A stretch of 63,647 nucleotides of DNA from Rhizaria sp. SCN 62-66. Lineage: Eukaryota. Positions 1 through 12,800 of the stretch are shown here, piece by piece. The stretch is from assembly GCA_001724265.1 (NCBI GenBank), contig MEDY01000002.1, forward strand, positions 186,001 to 249,647, given 5' to 3'. Below the pieces are notes generated by a model. The model did no database searches, was not told the origin of the DNA, and saw only the letters and a list, made by a program, of their open reading frames with translations. The position numbers and the translations under genes were made by a program. Each line of letters starts with the position of its first letter. The first letter of the stretch is position 1.

Positions 1-2674
1 GTGTAGCCGGCGTAGCCAGACGCGGCGGCGGCGGCCGTGGCGGCGGCGAGCGCGGCGGCGGCGGCCGCGGCGGTGGGGGACATGTGCGGCGGGTTGGAAT
101 GCGAGAGGGACATCGCCTGCGACGGCCAGAAGCTGCCGCTGTTGCTGTGGGCGCCGACGCTGCCGTTGTTGCTGTACTGCGACTGCGAGTTCGAGTACAC
201 CCCACCGTGCGGCGACTGGCCAAGCGACTGGGAAATGATGCGTTGTGCCATCATGAAGCAGTGCGCGCTACCGCAGCCGCCGGGGTTGACGCCGTTGAGC
301 ATACCGGCGCTCATGTTGCTGCTGTTGCTGCTCCCGCTGGTATTGCCGGAGCCGGAGTACGGGTCCTGGTTCGACTCATCACCGCTGCCGCTGCCGTTGC
401 CGCCGTGGCCGTGGTTCTGGTTGTTGAGAACGGTAGCCAGGCACGTGCACGTGTTGCCGCCCGCGTTGGCGACGCCCGCGGAACCCATGGCACCCATGCC
501 CGCGGCCCCCCCCGTCGCGCCGGCGGCGGCGTGCGACTGTCGCAGCAGGAGGTGAGCCTGCGCCTGGGCCTGGGCCTGCAGCATCATCATCGCCTGCGCC
601 TGCGCTTGCGCCTGAGCCTGGGCCTGAGCCTGAGCCTGCGCCTGTGCTTGGGCTTGGAGGTGCAGGTGGGCCTGGATCTGGGCGTGCGCGTACGCGTGCG
701 AGTGCGCGGAGCCTTCCTTAAGCGCTGCCGCGCGTGCAACACCGCTGTGGAAGTTGTTATTGTTGTTGCTCATGTTGAGATTCACACCGCTGCCGTTGTT
801 GCTGTTGGCGTGCATCGACACCGAGTTCGCGGTGGACCCGGCGACCGACGAGTACCCGCTCGTGCCGCCGCTGTTGCTGCCGTTGTTGGCGCCGCCCGCA
901 CTGCGCGGGGCGGCGGTGCTGGCCGCCGCCGTGGAACTGCTGCTGTTGCTGCCGGCGCCGGCGCCGCCCTGCTGCGAGCCGTACGCGTGCTGCGCGGCGC
1001 CGGGGCTGGGCCCGCCAGAGGCCGGCGCGGCGCCGTCGTCGGCGTTGGTGATAAACGGGTGGCGCATGCCTTGCTCGGGGGTCAGCCGCGCCGCGGGGTC
1101 CCACTGCAGGCACTCGCGGATGAACGAGAGGAAGCGGGCGTCAGTCGTCCGGGTCGCGTCTGACAGCGCCTTGGTGCCCGCGTGGCGCACCTTGCCGCGG
1201 GAGTTAGGCACCACGTTCGGCCGGTTGCTGTCGTCGAAGAAGGCGGAGCGGCGCGAAGCGGTTGATAGTAAGCGGGAGGGGGGAACGCCGAAGACTTCCA
1301 TGATGCACTGGATCTGCTCCGTCTCGTCTTCACCGGGGAAAATCGGGTAGCCGGTGTGGAGTTCGACGAGAATGCAGCCCAGAGACCACATATCGATTGG
1401 CAGACCGTAGGGGCACCCGAGGATGACTTCGGGGGAGCGGTAGAAGCGCGACTGGATGTACGTGTACACGCACTCGTTGGCGAAGCATGAGGAGCCGAAG
1501 TCGATGACGCGGATGTTTGACTTAGAAGTTGACTTGAGCAAGATGTTCTCGGGCTTAAGATCGCAGTGGATGGTGTTTTCCTTCTGTAAGAAGCAGAGAG
1601 TCTGCAGCAACTGATGCGCCATACGACGCACGAGCGACAGCGACATGCCACGGAAGTTATTCGCCTTGATGTACTCGTAGAGGTTCAGAGACAGCGGCTC
1701 GAACGTGATACACAGGTGGTTACGGAAGTAGAAGTAACCATACACACGGACGATGTTGCTCTTATGCTCACGGTCACGGTTCATCAGATGCTCGAGAATG
1801 CGGATCTCCACCAACGCTTGGTGGTGGAAGCGCTTCTTGTTGCGGATCATCTTGAGTGCGACGATCGAGTCCTTTTTGTAGTCATACACACGTGCAACCT
1901 GACCGAAGGAGCCCTTGCCGTACATCGCAAGAACTTCATACCGGTACTCAATATGGTCACCAAGCACGAACTTGTAGTCGCCACGCTCGTCATCGTACCC
2001 GCTGTTGTGCGGCGAGTGCGGGATGCCTTTGATCTTGCGCGCCTGCGGACCCGTGAACCAGACGTGCGAGTACTCGAGGATCTCGCTCTGCTCGAACGAC
2101 GTCATCTTGCTGCCAAACTGTCGCAACGCCTCCGCGGGCGTGATGTGGGGCCGCACAGCGCCCGGCGGCAGCGGCGCGGACCCGGTCGCAGCGCCAGTGG
2201 CGCCCGCGGCCGCCGCGGCGGACTGGGGCACGGCAGCGGCGGCCACAGCGGGCGGGGGCGCCGCAGCCACGGGGTTCACGCTGGCACAGGCAGCGTTTGC
2301 ACCGGGAGCGTTCGCAGAGGAGCTAGAGGTGGCGCCGGCGGCGCTCGGGGCAGGGATGGCAGTGATGACGGGGGAGGGCTGCGGCATCGGCACTGAGGAG
2401 GCGGCGGCGGCGGCGGGCTTGGCGGCATTGCCGTCAAGCGCAGTCTTAGACTCGGTCGCCTGCTGCGGCTGCTGCTGCTGTTGGGGAGGCATCTGCTGGA
2501 CGCTGGCGCGGGCGCCAGCGCTCGTGTTGGTCTTCATCTGCTGCTGCTGCTGCTGGAGAGTGTGGAGCGCAGTGACAGCGCTCAGTGAGGCCACTTGGTC
2601 ACCGGAGCGACGCGCGCCGTTTGTCCCACTCACGGTCACAGACGCAGTTGTTGCAGCCGTGTTTGAGCTCGTAG

Positions 2675-2708
<34 letters not shown>

Positions 2709-3695
2709 GGAAACGGTCCCACTCGTGTTGCTGTTGTTGAGACTGGCAGATGACGACGAAAACGACGCAACAGACCCCCCAATTGCCGTGACAGGAGCGG
2801 CGTTGTTGGTGTTGTATGCGATGGCGTTATTAGGGTTGTTGTTGTTGTTGTTCAGGAGGGCGGCGGCGGACATCGTGCTACGGCGGCTGCTGGCGCTGGC
2901 GTTGTTCGATGACGCACCTGCATTGGCGTTGGCAGAGGTGGCGTTAAGGTTCATGGAGCGGAGCGAGCTATCGAGGGTGTGATTCGCGTTTGCAGTACTG
3001 CTGCTGTTGTAGTTGATCGCGGGCAAATGCAGCGGCGCGGCAGCGTTGTGCATCGACGACGCGGAGACGGAGAGAGTTGCATTCGCCGCGTCGCCCTGTG
3101 ACGCGGGGGTGCTGCTCGACCCGCTGGAATACCCTCCAGCCCCGGCAGCGGCGGCGGCAGCAGCAGCAGCGGCGTTTGAGGTCGTCGTCATCGGCGACGC
3201 GGCGACCGAGTTCACAGAGCCCGGACTGGGCCCCGCGCCACTCATGTTGAGCGCGGAGTGGTGACGGGACGACGCCGCGTGAATCAGTGACGGCAGCTCA
3301 TACCCGCCGCCGCCGCCGCCGTTAGTGCCAGTGCCAGTGCCAGTGCTGCTGCCGCCGGTGCTGCCGACGACGCTGCCGCCCGCGGATGAGGTGGTCATGT
3401 TGACGCTCGACGCCGCGGCGCTGTTGGTGCCGCCCGAGCTGGGCGCGGTAGTGCTGGCGGCGTGCGTGCTGCCGGAGCGGGACAGCGACGGGGCGCCACC
3501 GCCCGTCGCGCTGCCCGCGTGGCTGCCGGTGTGGGACGGACTGGGACCGGGCTTGGGGGCGACGCGGAAGCGCGCGGAGGCCGGATGGACGCCCGCGGCA
3601 GAGCCCCCCGTGGAGCCGGGGGACGGGCCCGCGGCCACGGAGGCGGCGGCGGCCATGTACGCCGCTGTGGTGTTGGTCGAGCCGGGGGAAGACAT
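1..3695 (-). CDS. Dual-specificity tyrosine-phosphorylation-regulated kinase, class 2 (DYRK2/3/4-like); 3' end runs off the window
   Basis: Minus-strand frame open from ATG 3695 (MSSPGSTNTTAAYM...) to the window edge, so it is absent from the ORF track. It encodes a NAPA-like segment (EQSEILEYSHVWF), DH box (GYDDERGDY), GKGSFGQV, VALKMIRNKKRFHHQALVE, HCDLKPENILL, IDFGSSC, activation loop VYTYIQSRFYRSPEVILG and IDMWSLGCIL (kinase core about 1050-1965). Long Ala/Ser/Asn/Gln-rich flanks. Confidence 0.95.
2676..2708 (-). repeat. (AAC)11 microsatellite encoding poly-Asn in the DYRK N-terminus
   Basis: Pure GTT run on the + strand. Confidence 0.9.
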
Positions 3696-4665
3696 TAGAC
3701 CTCGAGGGAGCGGCGAGGCGGTTTGGGGAGGGCGTATGCAGCGCGGTCTGCGGGGGAAAAGGCAGAAAGGCGTGCAATGCGCAAGGAAAGGACGCTAAAG
3801 GGGACGGGGTACGCGGGGAAAGGTGAAGAAGTGCCGCGCTGTGCGTTGGGAGCGAGCGGGAGAGGCGGAGAAAGAGAGAAGAGGACGCGGATGCCCAGGC
3901 TGGGGAGGGCGAGGAAAAGCGACTGAGCAGAGTCAATTCGAGGGTGCCGACGGGGGCGAAAGGAAAGAGTTGGGAGAAGTCACCCAGTATCTACCAGGGA
4001 AACTGCCGAGAGCGCTCGAGCGCTGCACAGGAGGGAGAAAATGAAAGCGAAAAGGTAAGTAAGAGAGGGAAGGGGCGGTGAGGGGAGGACGGTCGACAGA
4101 ATGCAGCACAGAGTGCTGTATGGTGATGATGACGAGATCTCTTTGAAAAAACAAGTGAAGTGGAGGATATAGCTAGAGGGACCGGTCTGAAATATAACAA
4201 AACATTGGATTTATCCCCACGCCTGGCCTGCGCCCGAGCCGTTTTTGGGGACTCGACAAAGACTTAGCCTGATCTGCTCGGAAGCATCAATTTCGTCGGT
4301 CCACGGCGTCAAAGCGTTTCATAAAAGCATCATGAAGCCCACAAACTACTAATCTACCCACAAACAAGCCCGAAGCGCTTTCTGCTAGTGCTCCAACCCC
4401 AGTATGCGGTTGTTTCTCGTCCCCCGACCGACTGACTCTCGTGAGCGAAAACTTGAGCGAGAAGTTGACCATGACGGGCGGGGTGACCGTGAGCACGACT
4501 AAACTTCGGCCAAGGTTGGACCTGTCTGAGCTACCACAAACGGTTCTTTGATGTTTCGAGACCGACCGACGGTCGACGACCAGCGAAGCAAGCAAAGTGG
4601 CTCATATTGGTGTGTATTTGTGCTGAATGTGCTGTGATCCTTGACATCGTTCGTTGGCAGCAGAA

Positions 4666-5417
4666 ATGAGCGACAAGGTTTTAAACTTCTTTTGGTTTGG
4701 TACGTGATGATTTTTGTTGCTTAAATGTGCGCTCCTGATGCTGTGTGATGTCTCCCGAAACCCTGCTTGGCCTCTCGTCAATGCTCCTTTCCTCACCACG
4801 CTCTTGCTGTTCTGCCTGCGCCCTTCTGTGCACCCCCTGTCCTCACCACACAGTCCTCGGGGGCTTTCTGATCTCCACGCTGTACTTTCTCGGCGCGCTA
4901 TGCTTCATGCTCACCATTTGCGGCTACCGCACGGGTCTTTCGTTGCTCAAGCTCGCCCGCTACAGTGCAACGCCCTTCGGACAAAAGTGGAAAGTTCTCG
5001 CTATCTCCGACATTGTACGTCAAATTTACATGCCTTTTAGCAAGTACACCGTATTTTATATTCATTTGTCTCTTCTGATTGTTCTACGAGATCTCCACGC
5101 TCGTTTCTCTTCGTGTGCCAACCTCTCACCTCTTCCTCCTCTCCTCCTCTCTCTTCATGCATCGACTCATCCTCGCCTTGCTGTTGTGTCGACAGGATTT
5201 CGAAGAGAGTGGCGGCTGCAGCTTCTACACCCGCGCACTGACCTGGTTCCCTTTCCTCGTCGCCATCACCACCGTGCATCTCTGCCTCACTTTGCTTCTC
5301 TGCATCACTGTCGTTGGCATTCCTCTTGCGCGCACGCACTACACTCTCATTCGCTTCGCTGCGTTCCCCATGATCGATAACACAAAGACCAGGGACGCGT
5401 GCCTTTTCTGCGATTGA
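4666..5417 (+). CDS. YccF-domain (inner membrane component, two repeats) protein, 138 aa; exons 4666-4699, 4854-5014, 5196-5417
   Basis: The spliced product MSDKVLNFFWFVLGGFLISTLYFLGALCFMLTICGYRTGLSLLKLARYSATPFG...HLCLTLLLCITVVGIPLARTHYTLIRFAAFP matches the duplicated YccF pattern (N-x-x-W-F-V-L-G-G ... C-I-T-x-x-G-I-P ... P-F-G). Both introns are GTACGT...CAG and restore the frame. Ends in TGA. Confidence 0.88.
4700..4853 (+). other. Spliceosomal intron (154 nt, phase 1)
   Basis: G|GTACGT...CACACAG|TC joins NFFWF-V-LGG and reconstitutes the YccF motif. Confidence 0.88.
5015..5195 (+). other. Spliceosomal intron (181 nt, phase 0)
   Basis: ATT|GTACGT...pyrimidine-rich tract...GTCGACAG|GAT. 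An alternative in-frame GAG acceptor at 5090 is possible but less canonical. Confidence 0.75.
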
Positions 5418-6878
5418 GCGCGCACGCTTGTATGCGCTGTGCTCATGTTTTTGAGGAGGCAGAGCGCTGTTCGATGTGTTATTATGTAGTGTTGTTTGAT
5501 GTACAGGTGTTGTTCGTGTTTTATGGGTTGGCCGTTGATTTCAGGCTTCTTTGCTGGGTGATTGACTGTTGGTTGATCGCCACGCGGTAAATCTATCTTG
5601 CTCGAGCCTTGAGATGTGGTGTGGCAGACTGAGAGCTTTGTGCTCTTGCTGTTCTGCGATCCACTATGTTTCCGTCTTTAGAAGCGATAGATTTCAACCA
5701 CTGTCATGGTATACGTGACTCGGGCCAAGTAGTATCACAAGTAAATTATACACAAAACTCATATTCAAATCAATCGGGATCTTTATGACTCGCAACAGTC
5801 TTGTTTAAGATATTTATTGCGATGAGGCAGAATGCTGCAATGCGATTGTCAACGTTATACTAGTATAGCAGCATCTCCTTTGCTTATGTGAGATTAGTTT
5901 ATGAAAATGTATCAAAAAGTCCCCTCAATGGACATTGTACAAGAAATGTATGTGATATACACTATCTTTTGATTTGCTTTTGTTGTTTTGATTATAAACC
6001 TTCTAGAGGCGTCAGAGATTGCATTTGCCAAGCCTCGAGGGCAACAAACGTCGGGAGATTGGATGTTTTCTGCGATCCAGCAAACTATCCCACATCGGTA
6101 AAAACCTCATTGTGTGGATACTGCTCAAGCACAAGTATTAAAAGTCTCTAAACGCCCACGGTCACCCTACCTCAATCTCGACTTTCTACGCTACTCACGA
6201 ACGAAGATGAGCTAAGTCACTTAAATAGATATATCAATAGATGAAATCGGAGTTAAATTGCTATAAAAAGTCGCATAGTAATCAAGCATATTGGATTATT
6301 ATTTTATTATAATTTCAACCGTAGAAACTAATGTATCAAAGATATATTAAGGGTTAAGTGGTTTGTGAGGGCAAGTTGGTTCTTGAGATCGTAGATCGAC
6401 CCACTTGAGTGGCTCCTCCTGCATCTTTGAATAGTGATCGCCGCCATCGTCATTATCGTCTGACAGCATGTGCTTGCGATTTTACACGCGCAAATGCATT
6501 ACTTACCAAATTATATCATCCTACAAGCACTTATTTTTCGTTCAAAGTCACATTTGAAGTGTGCCTTCTTGCTCTCATGTCAAGCTCTCCCGAATGTCCT
6601 CCTATCTACCCAGCATAGACATGGATATAAGTGACTGATTCATTATTGACCCTGAGATACCGGAACTATACTTGCTTATATACTTTTAAAGCGCGCCATT
6701 ATTCCACTTAATCTTACCTAATTAACTTTGCACCTCGATTTTCATTTCCTTGGCTCCAGCCAGCGCTTCTTAATCGTTCCCTGCTGCCTTCCCAGCTCCT
6801 GCGCATCCTACCCCGTCCTCTCCCGCCCCTTGCGGCGGCCCTTACTTTGCGGCGTACTTGCCCTCTACCGCGCGCACG

Positions 6879-9800
6879 ATGCGGCGCTCGTACGGGACGT
6901 CGTCGAACCTTAGCAAGCTCGATTCTGACTCGGCGTCCACAGCTTCTGCTGCTGCGTCCTCTATCGTCTCTCCCGCATCTGCGTACACTGCCACTTCCCC
7001 CGCGCTGGGTGTCAACTCATCACATGTCGCAAACATGCATCAAAAACAGCAGTGTCCGCTCCCTGCGCCTGCATTGGGCCTGCGTGCGGTGTCTTTGACG
7101 CCGACAGTCTCTTCTGCAGCTAACGAGCGAGGAGCGACATCCGCAGCGACCGCAACAGCAACAGCAACAGCGACGGTTACGCCGGCTTCTGCTGCCATTG
7201 CGGCGTCTGGTCTTACGCTTGGCTTGCGGCACTCACACTCGCGCAACTCAGCGCTGTCTTCCCTTGCGAACTCTCATCAAGTGAACGCGACGAACTCTTC
7301 CAGCAACAAAAAACACGCTGCAATTCGTAACAGTGACGACAGCGCAAGTGACTGCGACGGCATCAGACAGCTCCAACAGCGACAACAGCAGCGGCAGCCA
7401 CAGCAGCAGCCGCTGCCGGAGCGCGCATTGGCGCAGGAGCCCGTGCAAGACCGTGACTCAGAGTGTGACTGTGCGCGCGAATGCGATTGCGGTGCGCAAC
7501 AGCGTGGCTTGGGACTGCACGATAGCGCGTCGCCAGAGCTGTCTTGCCCGTCGCCGCCTATTGACGAGCTGGCACCGCTGTCGTTTGTTATGCGGGAGCC
7601 GTTACCAGAGCCACTTACAGCACAACAGGTTCTACCACCACTGCAAGTTGTCACTGACCAACCTCACCACTAGCAGCAGACACTGTTGACACAGCAACAC
7701 GCACATGGGAGCTTGGCTTCTGCGTTTACTGCCGCTGCGAGTCCAGTTGCGACACAGTTGCACTCAATCTCCAACTCACAGTCACAGTATCAGTCTAATG
7801 GTCAGCTGCAGTCCTCCACTCAGACTCTTTAGCAGCAACAACAGCAACACCAACAGCAACATCAGCAGCAACATCAGCAGCATCAGTTGCAGCAGCATTC
7901 GGCGGATCAACGCGTTATCTCCTACGCCCTCGACGCCGTGACTACTACCGCCAGCACTCTGCTCACCGCCGCCTCAGCGCGCATCCCACTCTTCCGCCGC
8001 TCGCTCACCACGTTCAACTCGCTCGCACAGGCCACACCGCTCGCGTCCCTGGCGTCGCCGCTTGCGTCGCTGGCGTCGCGGCACTGGCACGCATATGCGG
8101 AGCCGCTCGTGCAGAGTCTCGACGCGAAGATCGGGCAGGCGCTCGCAGTGGAAGCTGCCGAGGCTGCGGCGGCTGCAGCGGCTGCGGCTGCGCTGGCATC
8201 AACGACGAACAACGCTCTTGCAGCTGGGAGTGTTGCTAATGCAGCACAGATTCTTGGTGGCAGCAGCATCAGCGGAGGCAAGCATACCGCGGTTGGCGCC
8301 GGTGCTGGCAACACTGGTGCAGCAGCTGCAGCTGCAAACGCGAGCATGACGGCAACAGCGGCTGCTGCTGCTGCCGCTAATGGTGGCTGCGTGTGTGACT
8401 GTGCGTGCGGTGTGCGCGCCCGCGGCGGCTTAACTGCTGAGCTTGGCGGCTTAGCGTCGATCATGGGAGGCGGCTTCACTTTCGATCCAAGCTCGAGCGA
8501 TGATGATGACGACGACCGGTTCTACGACAACAACAACGTTCGCAACCATTGCAACGCAGGCCGCAGCCGCCAGGGCGCTCCCAATTCAGCGACGAAAGCC
8601 AACACTCGCCGAGTCAACCAAGCAAATGCAGCCGTCAGCAAGCCGAGCAGCTACCAACCCACGGACGCTGTTTTATCCCAACGTACGAACAACAACGCGG
8701 ATGGCGCGGACGCAGACGAAGACGAAGACGGTGATGCCGTTGGCGGCCTGACTTCAGTGCAGCACGGCTTAACTTTGTCGCCTCCAATCGCTCTTCCGTC
8801 GGCTCACAGTCTCGACACGACCACGCCCGGCGCTGGCCAAGGGCATAGTCACGGTCACAGTCTCGCCCGCCACAGCCGTGACTGCCTCGGCCAGAGCCAA
8901 AGGCCAAGGCAAAGCCACAGTCATAGTCACAGTCATGGCCACCACCGTCGACGTCGTAGTGGCGACTTAACTTTCTACACTCCCACCAATGCTGCTACCA
9001 ATAGCAATAACAGCAATAACTTGAGTGCGAGCATCGATGCCAGTGATGCCGCTGGTGGAACTGCTCCCACGACGACAGTCCAGCCGACTTACAGTCAGCA
9101 ACACGAGCGTGCGATGTTTTGCCCTTACCACACGCATGAGAGCTCGTGTAAGTACCGCGCGCGGTCCGCCCCGCGATCGAAGTACCAGGCGACATACAAG
9201 TGCGCCCATTCTAAGCACCAACACCGCCGCCGCGACCACAATTGTGATAACGCTGCAGTCGTCAAAAGCAGTCGCGGCGGCGTCGGCGGCGGCGTCGGTG
9301 CGCTTGTGAACACTGGCGACCGCCCCCACGCTGACTCCGGCGACGCCACCGCTGCTGCAGCGGCCGAGGCTGGCGCTGACGCAGATACTGGCGCTGACGT
9401 TGGCGGAGGCTGCGACGACGACGCCGATGCTGAGGCGCCGGAGTCCGCAGAGGCCGAAGCGTCGTCATCCGCTGCAGCGCTGACAATCCTCGCTTCAGTG
9501 GCCTCAGCGCGCGCTATGGCACTCGCCGCCGCCGTTACCGCCGCCGGGAACAACAACATCAGCAAAACTGCGACAACGAACGCCGTGAACGCAAACCCGC
9601 AGTTGTCGCCACGGGCCGCCGCCGCCACCGCCGCCGCTCGCGCGCGCGCCCGCGTCCGCGCCCGCAAGGTCGCACGCGCAGCCCTTGCGGCAACTGCAGC
9701 AACGACTACTACCGTTGCCGGTGCTGCTGGAGCTGCAACTGGGGCTGGGACTGAAACTGCGGGCGCTAGCGCTGATGCGGATGCCGAGGCTGAGATGCTG

Positions 9801-12800
9801 TTTGGACGCGCGCGGTCGCTGAGTGATAGCGACGACGGTGTCGGTCTGCGGGCTGTGTTGGGCTCACTCAGCCACAGCGAGAGCTACAGCTACAGCTGCT
9901 GCAGTGGCGAAGACAACGCCGACGGTAGTGACAGCGACGGCGACAACCAAGGGAGTACTGCCGGTGGCAAAAACAAGTTCTTTGAGTGTAATCCAGCCGA
10001 TGACGCTGAAACCGAGGAGAGTTACGCTCGGATTAGTCGTCGCTACAGCAAGAGCTTCAGTCACAACAACGCTGCTTCTGGTGCTGCAGTCAACTCCGGC
10101 GCTGCTGCTGCGGCTCTTATGAGTGGAAATGGCAACGATGTCGATGTCAACGGTCTATTCCGCGAGACGTCGTCGGCTACAGCGTCTGCCTCTGCATCAG
10201 GCTCTGCCCGTGCTTCCACACCCGTCGTCGTCGACTCCTCTGCCACTGCATCTGCGAATGCAAGTGCGAACGCGGCTGCTGCTGCTGCTGCTGCGGCTGC
10301 TGTGACCAGTGCCCAGGACCAGCAGGTGCGCCGGCGCTACACTTTCTCGGTTGATCCAAGCACCCGTGGCGCCAATGCAAATACCCCTGGGCTGGCCGCT
10401 GCGGGGGCTGAGGCACACGCTCAGACGCCGTCAGGTAGTCCGCCGGAGGATATAAGTCCCGTTGCCGCCGATGCAAGTACCCCGCCGACGTCCCAGGGCC
10501 GCAGGTCGATGATGACGTGGGCCTGGGCAGGGCTCGGCCGCACTGTGCTTTCCGGTGCGTCGATCCTACTTACATCGCACGAGTATCTAGTGCCCTCCTC
10601 TGCGGCAGCAGCAACGAACAGCGAGTCAGGAAGCATCACCAATGCCGCCGACAACACTGCTCCTGCTGCGAATGCACAGTCGCAGTTGTCTTCACTTTCA
10701 CCGTCGACTGGCGCTGCGAGTGGCATCCCTGTTGTTTCTAAACTCACACTGCAATTACAGCAGCAACAGCAACAGCAGCTAGGTGGGGAGATCGCTAACA
10801 ATTTCAACACTCCACCGCGGCCGAACATGGGCCAGCAACGAGGAAGTTTGCCGCAGAATCTGCCGCCGCGACACCCCAACACGCCCTACGCGGCGACCGC
10901 AGCCGCTGCGGCAGCTGCCGCTGCAGCAGCTGCGACGACCTCAAATTCTATCTCGGCCACCCCACCTCATGCTTCTGTTGTCACAACTGCAACGACATCT
11001 GCTATCTCTGGCTCGAGCTCTTTGTCTGTGTCACCCGTTGGCGCCGGCAGCAGTGCGAACAGCAGCATTAGCAGCAGTCCGAACTCCCCAGGCGCTGTTA
11101 CCACTGCTGTGGCGCCGCCGCGCCAGCCGAGAGCTGAAACATCTGGGCAGTCGCCTCCGTCGACTTCGGCAACGCCAACGAGTCAAGCCACACAGAGTGA
11201 TGCCGCGAGTGACCAGGTGGCTGATTCTGCAGCTGGTTCAACTGCTGCCGAGACCGCGAGGCGGCCTAACTTTGACGCGCGGCGGCCTGATTTATGGTCG
11301 CGCTTGCAGTCGACGCTGTTGAGCTCCAAGTGGCGCTTCTCCGTCGCGTCCACTTTGTCTCCGTCAACCGCGTCAAAAGACGCGAATAACACTGCTGCTG
11401 CGCAAAACATCCCTCCTCAGAGTGGCACGTTAGACAGCACACTGGACTCTGGCTCGTCAACGAGCACAAACAGCAACTCCACGACGGTCTCAGAGTCTAC
11501 AGCGCATGATGCGAGTGGGCCGATGGGCGCGGCGGTTGACGCGAAGCCTCTGTCGACTGAGGCGTTTTACTCCATTTGTCAGTCTATTTTTCTAGCATAT
11601 TTCACTCCGACAACCGCAGCGTCGAACGCAACGGAGACAGCGGAATGCGCAACTGCGATGGATCTTCCACCGGTTTCCACGAGTCACAGTGAAGGCAACC
11701 ACGTCGTCGCCGCAGCGGTGGAGACTGAGCTTGAGGACACGCACCCGCGCGCCCGCTTCCTGATGCTGCTGCGCCGCTCTCTCGGAGAGCGCTGGCGGCC
11801 GTCGCTTGCGGCCCCTGCCTCGGGTTTTTTTGCAGCAGCGTCTGCGCTCTCTGGTCTCTTGCGCGGTGCAAACAATAGTACCAACAACAACGATAACAGT
11901 CTCGCCAACAACCCCGCTAGCACGCCAACATCCGTGACAAGTACAGCTATCGATGGCGCAAGCACCGCAAGCGCGAACCAGTCTCCATCGCAGCCAATGA
12001 CGTTAACATATGCGGCTGCTGCCGAGTCACGGGCGACGGTCTCAGCAGGCGGCTTACCTTTCTCGACGTCGCCCCGCAGAGGCGGCCTGATTTCCCAGAG
12101 TGTGTCGCGTTTGCTGTCACGTTGGGAGACGCTTGTTTCGCGCATTGAAACAACTCTGCAGTCGTGGCTTCCCCCGTCTGCAAGCCCGACGGGAGCAGCA
12201 TCAGCAGCTGCAACACCAGAGACACCAGTGGCAACCGCAGCAGCGACCAACGCTACTGCAAGCAGTCCCGGTGCTAATCTTGTGCCTGCATTTGACACTG
12301 TGTCTGAAGCGAATATTGTACCCAAGGCTGCTCATGATACCGCTGCTGTTTCTGCGACAACTTCGACTGCGATCACTGCTGCGCATAGAGTAGACGCAGC
12401 TGTTGGACCACTGGTTCCTCCTCTCATGCTCACAGCCTCGGCCTTTGCACCGTCTGTTTCGAGAGCGTCAACTGCGGCAACCGCCAGCATCAACCCTGGC
12501 TACAACAATGTCACAGGATCCGGTGTTGATTCCCCTTCGACCCGGGGCCGCAACAACAGCATTAGCCATTCCCAGTGTCCACAGCGCTCATACACACTGC
12601 CTGCTGTCCGGCGCATCGACACTGCGAACGCAAGCGACACGAACGACAGCGTTGGCGACAGCGACGCCGCTGCCCACAGCAGTCGCGCGACGAGCCCGAT
12701 GCCGGACGCTACGCTGACTCACAACTACACAGCCGACAGCACGGACGTCGACAACTCCCACAACAGTAGTCGCAGCCACCCTGGTGGGTTAAGCCACACA

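Noticed and set aside
37-3798. Long plus-strand ORFs (e.g. 84-1163, 1614-2396, 2005-2982)
   Set aside because: Antisense shadows of the GC-rich DYRK gene. The same applies to the many overlapping ORFs inside the other large genes, such as 25870-26805 opposite the kinase.
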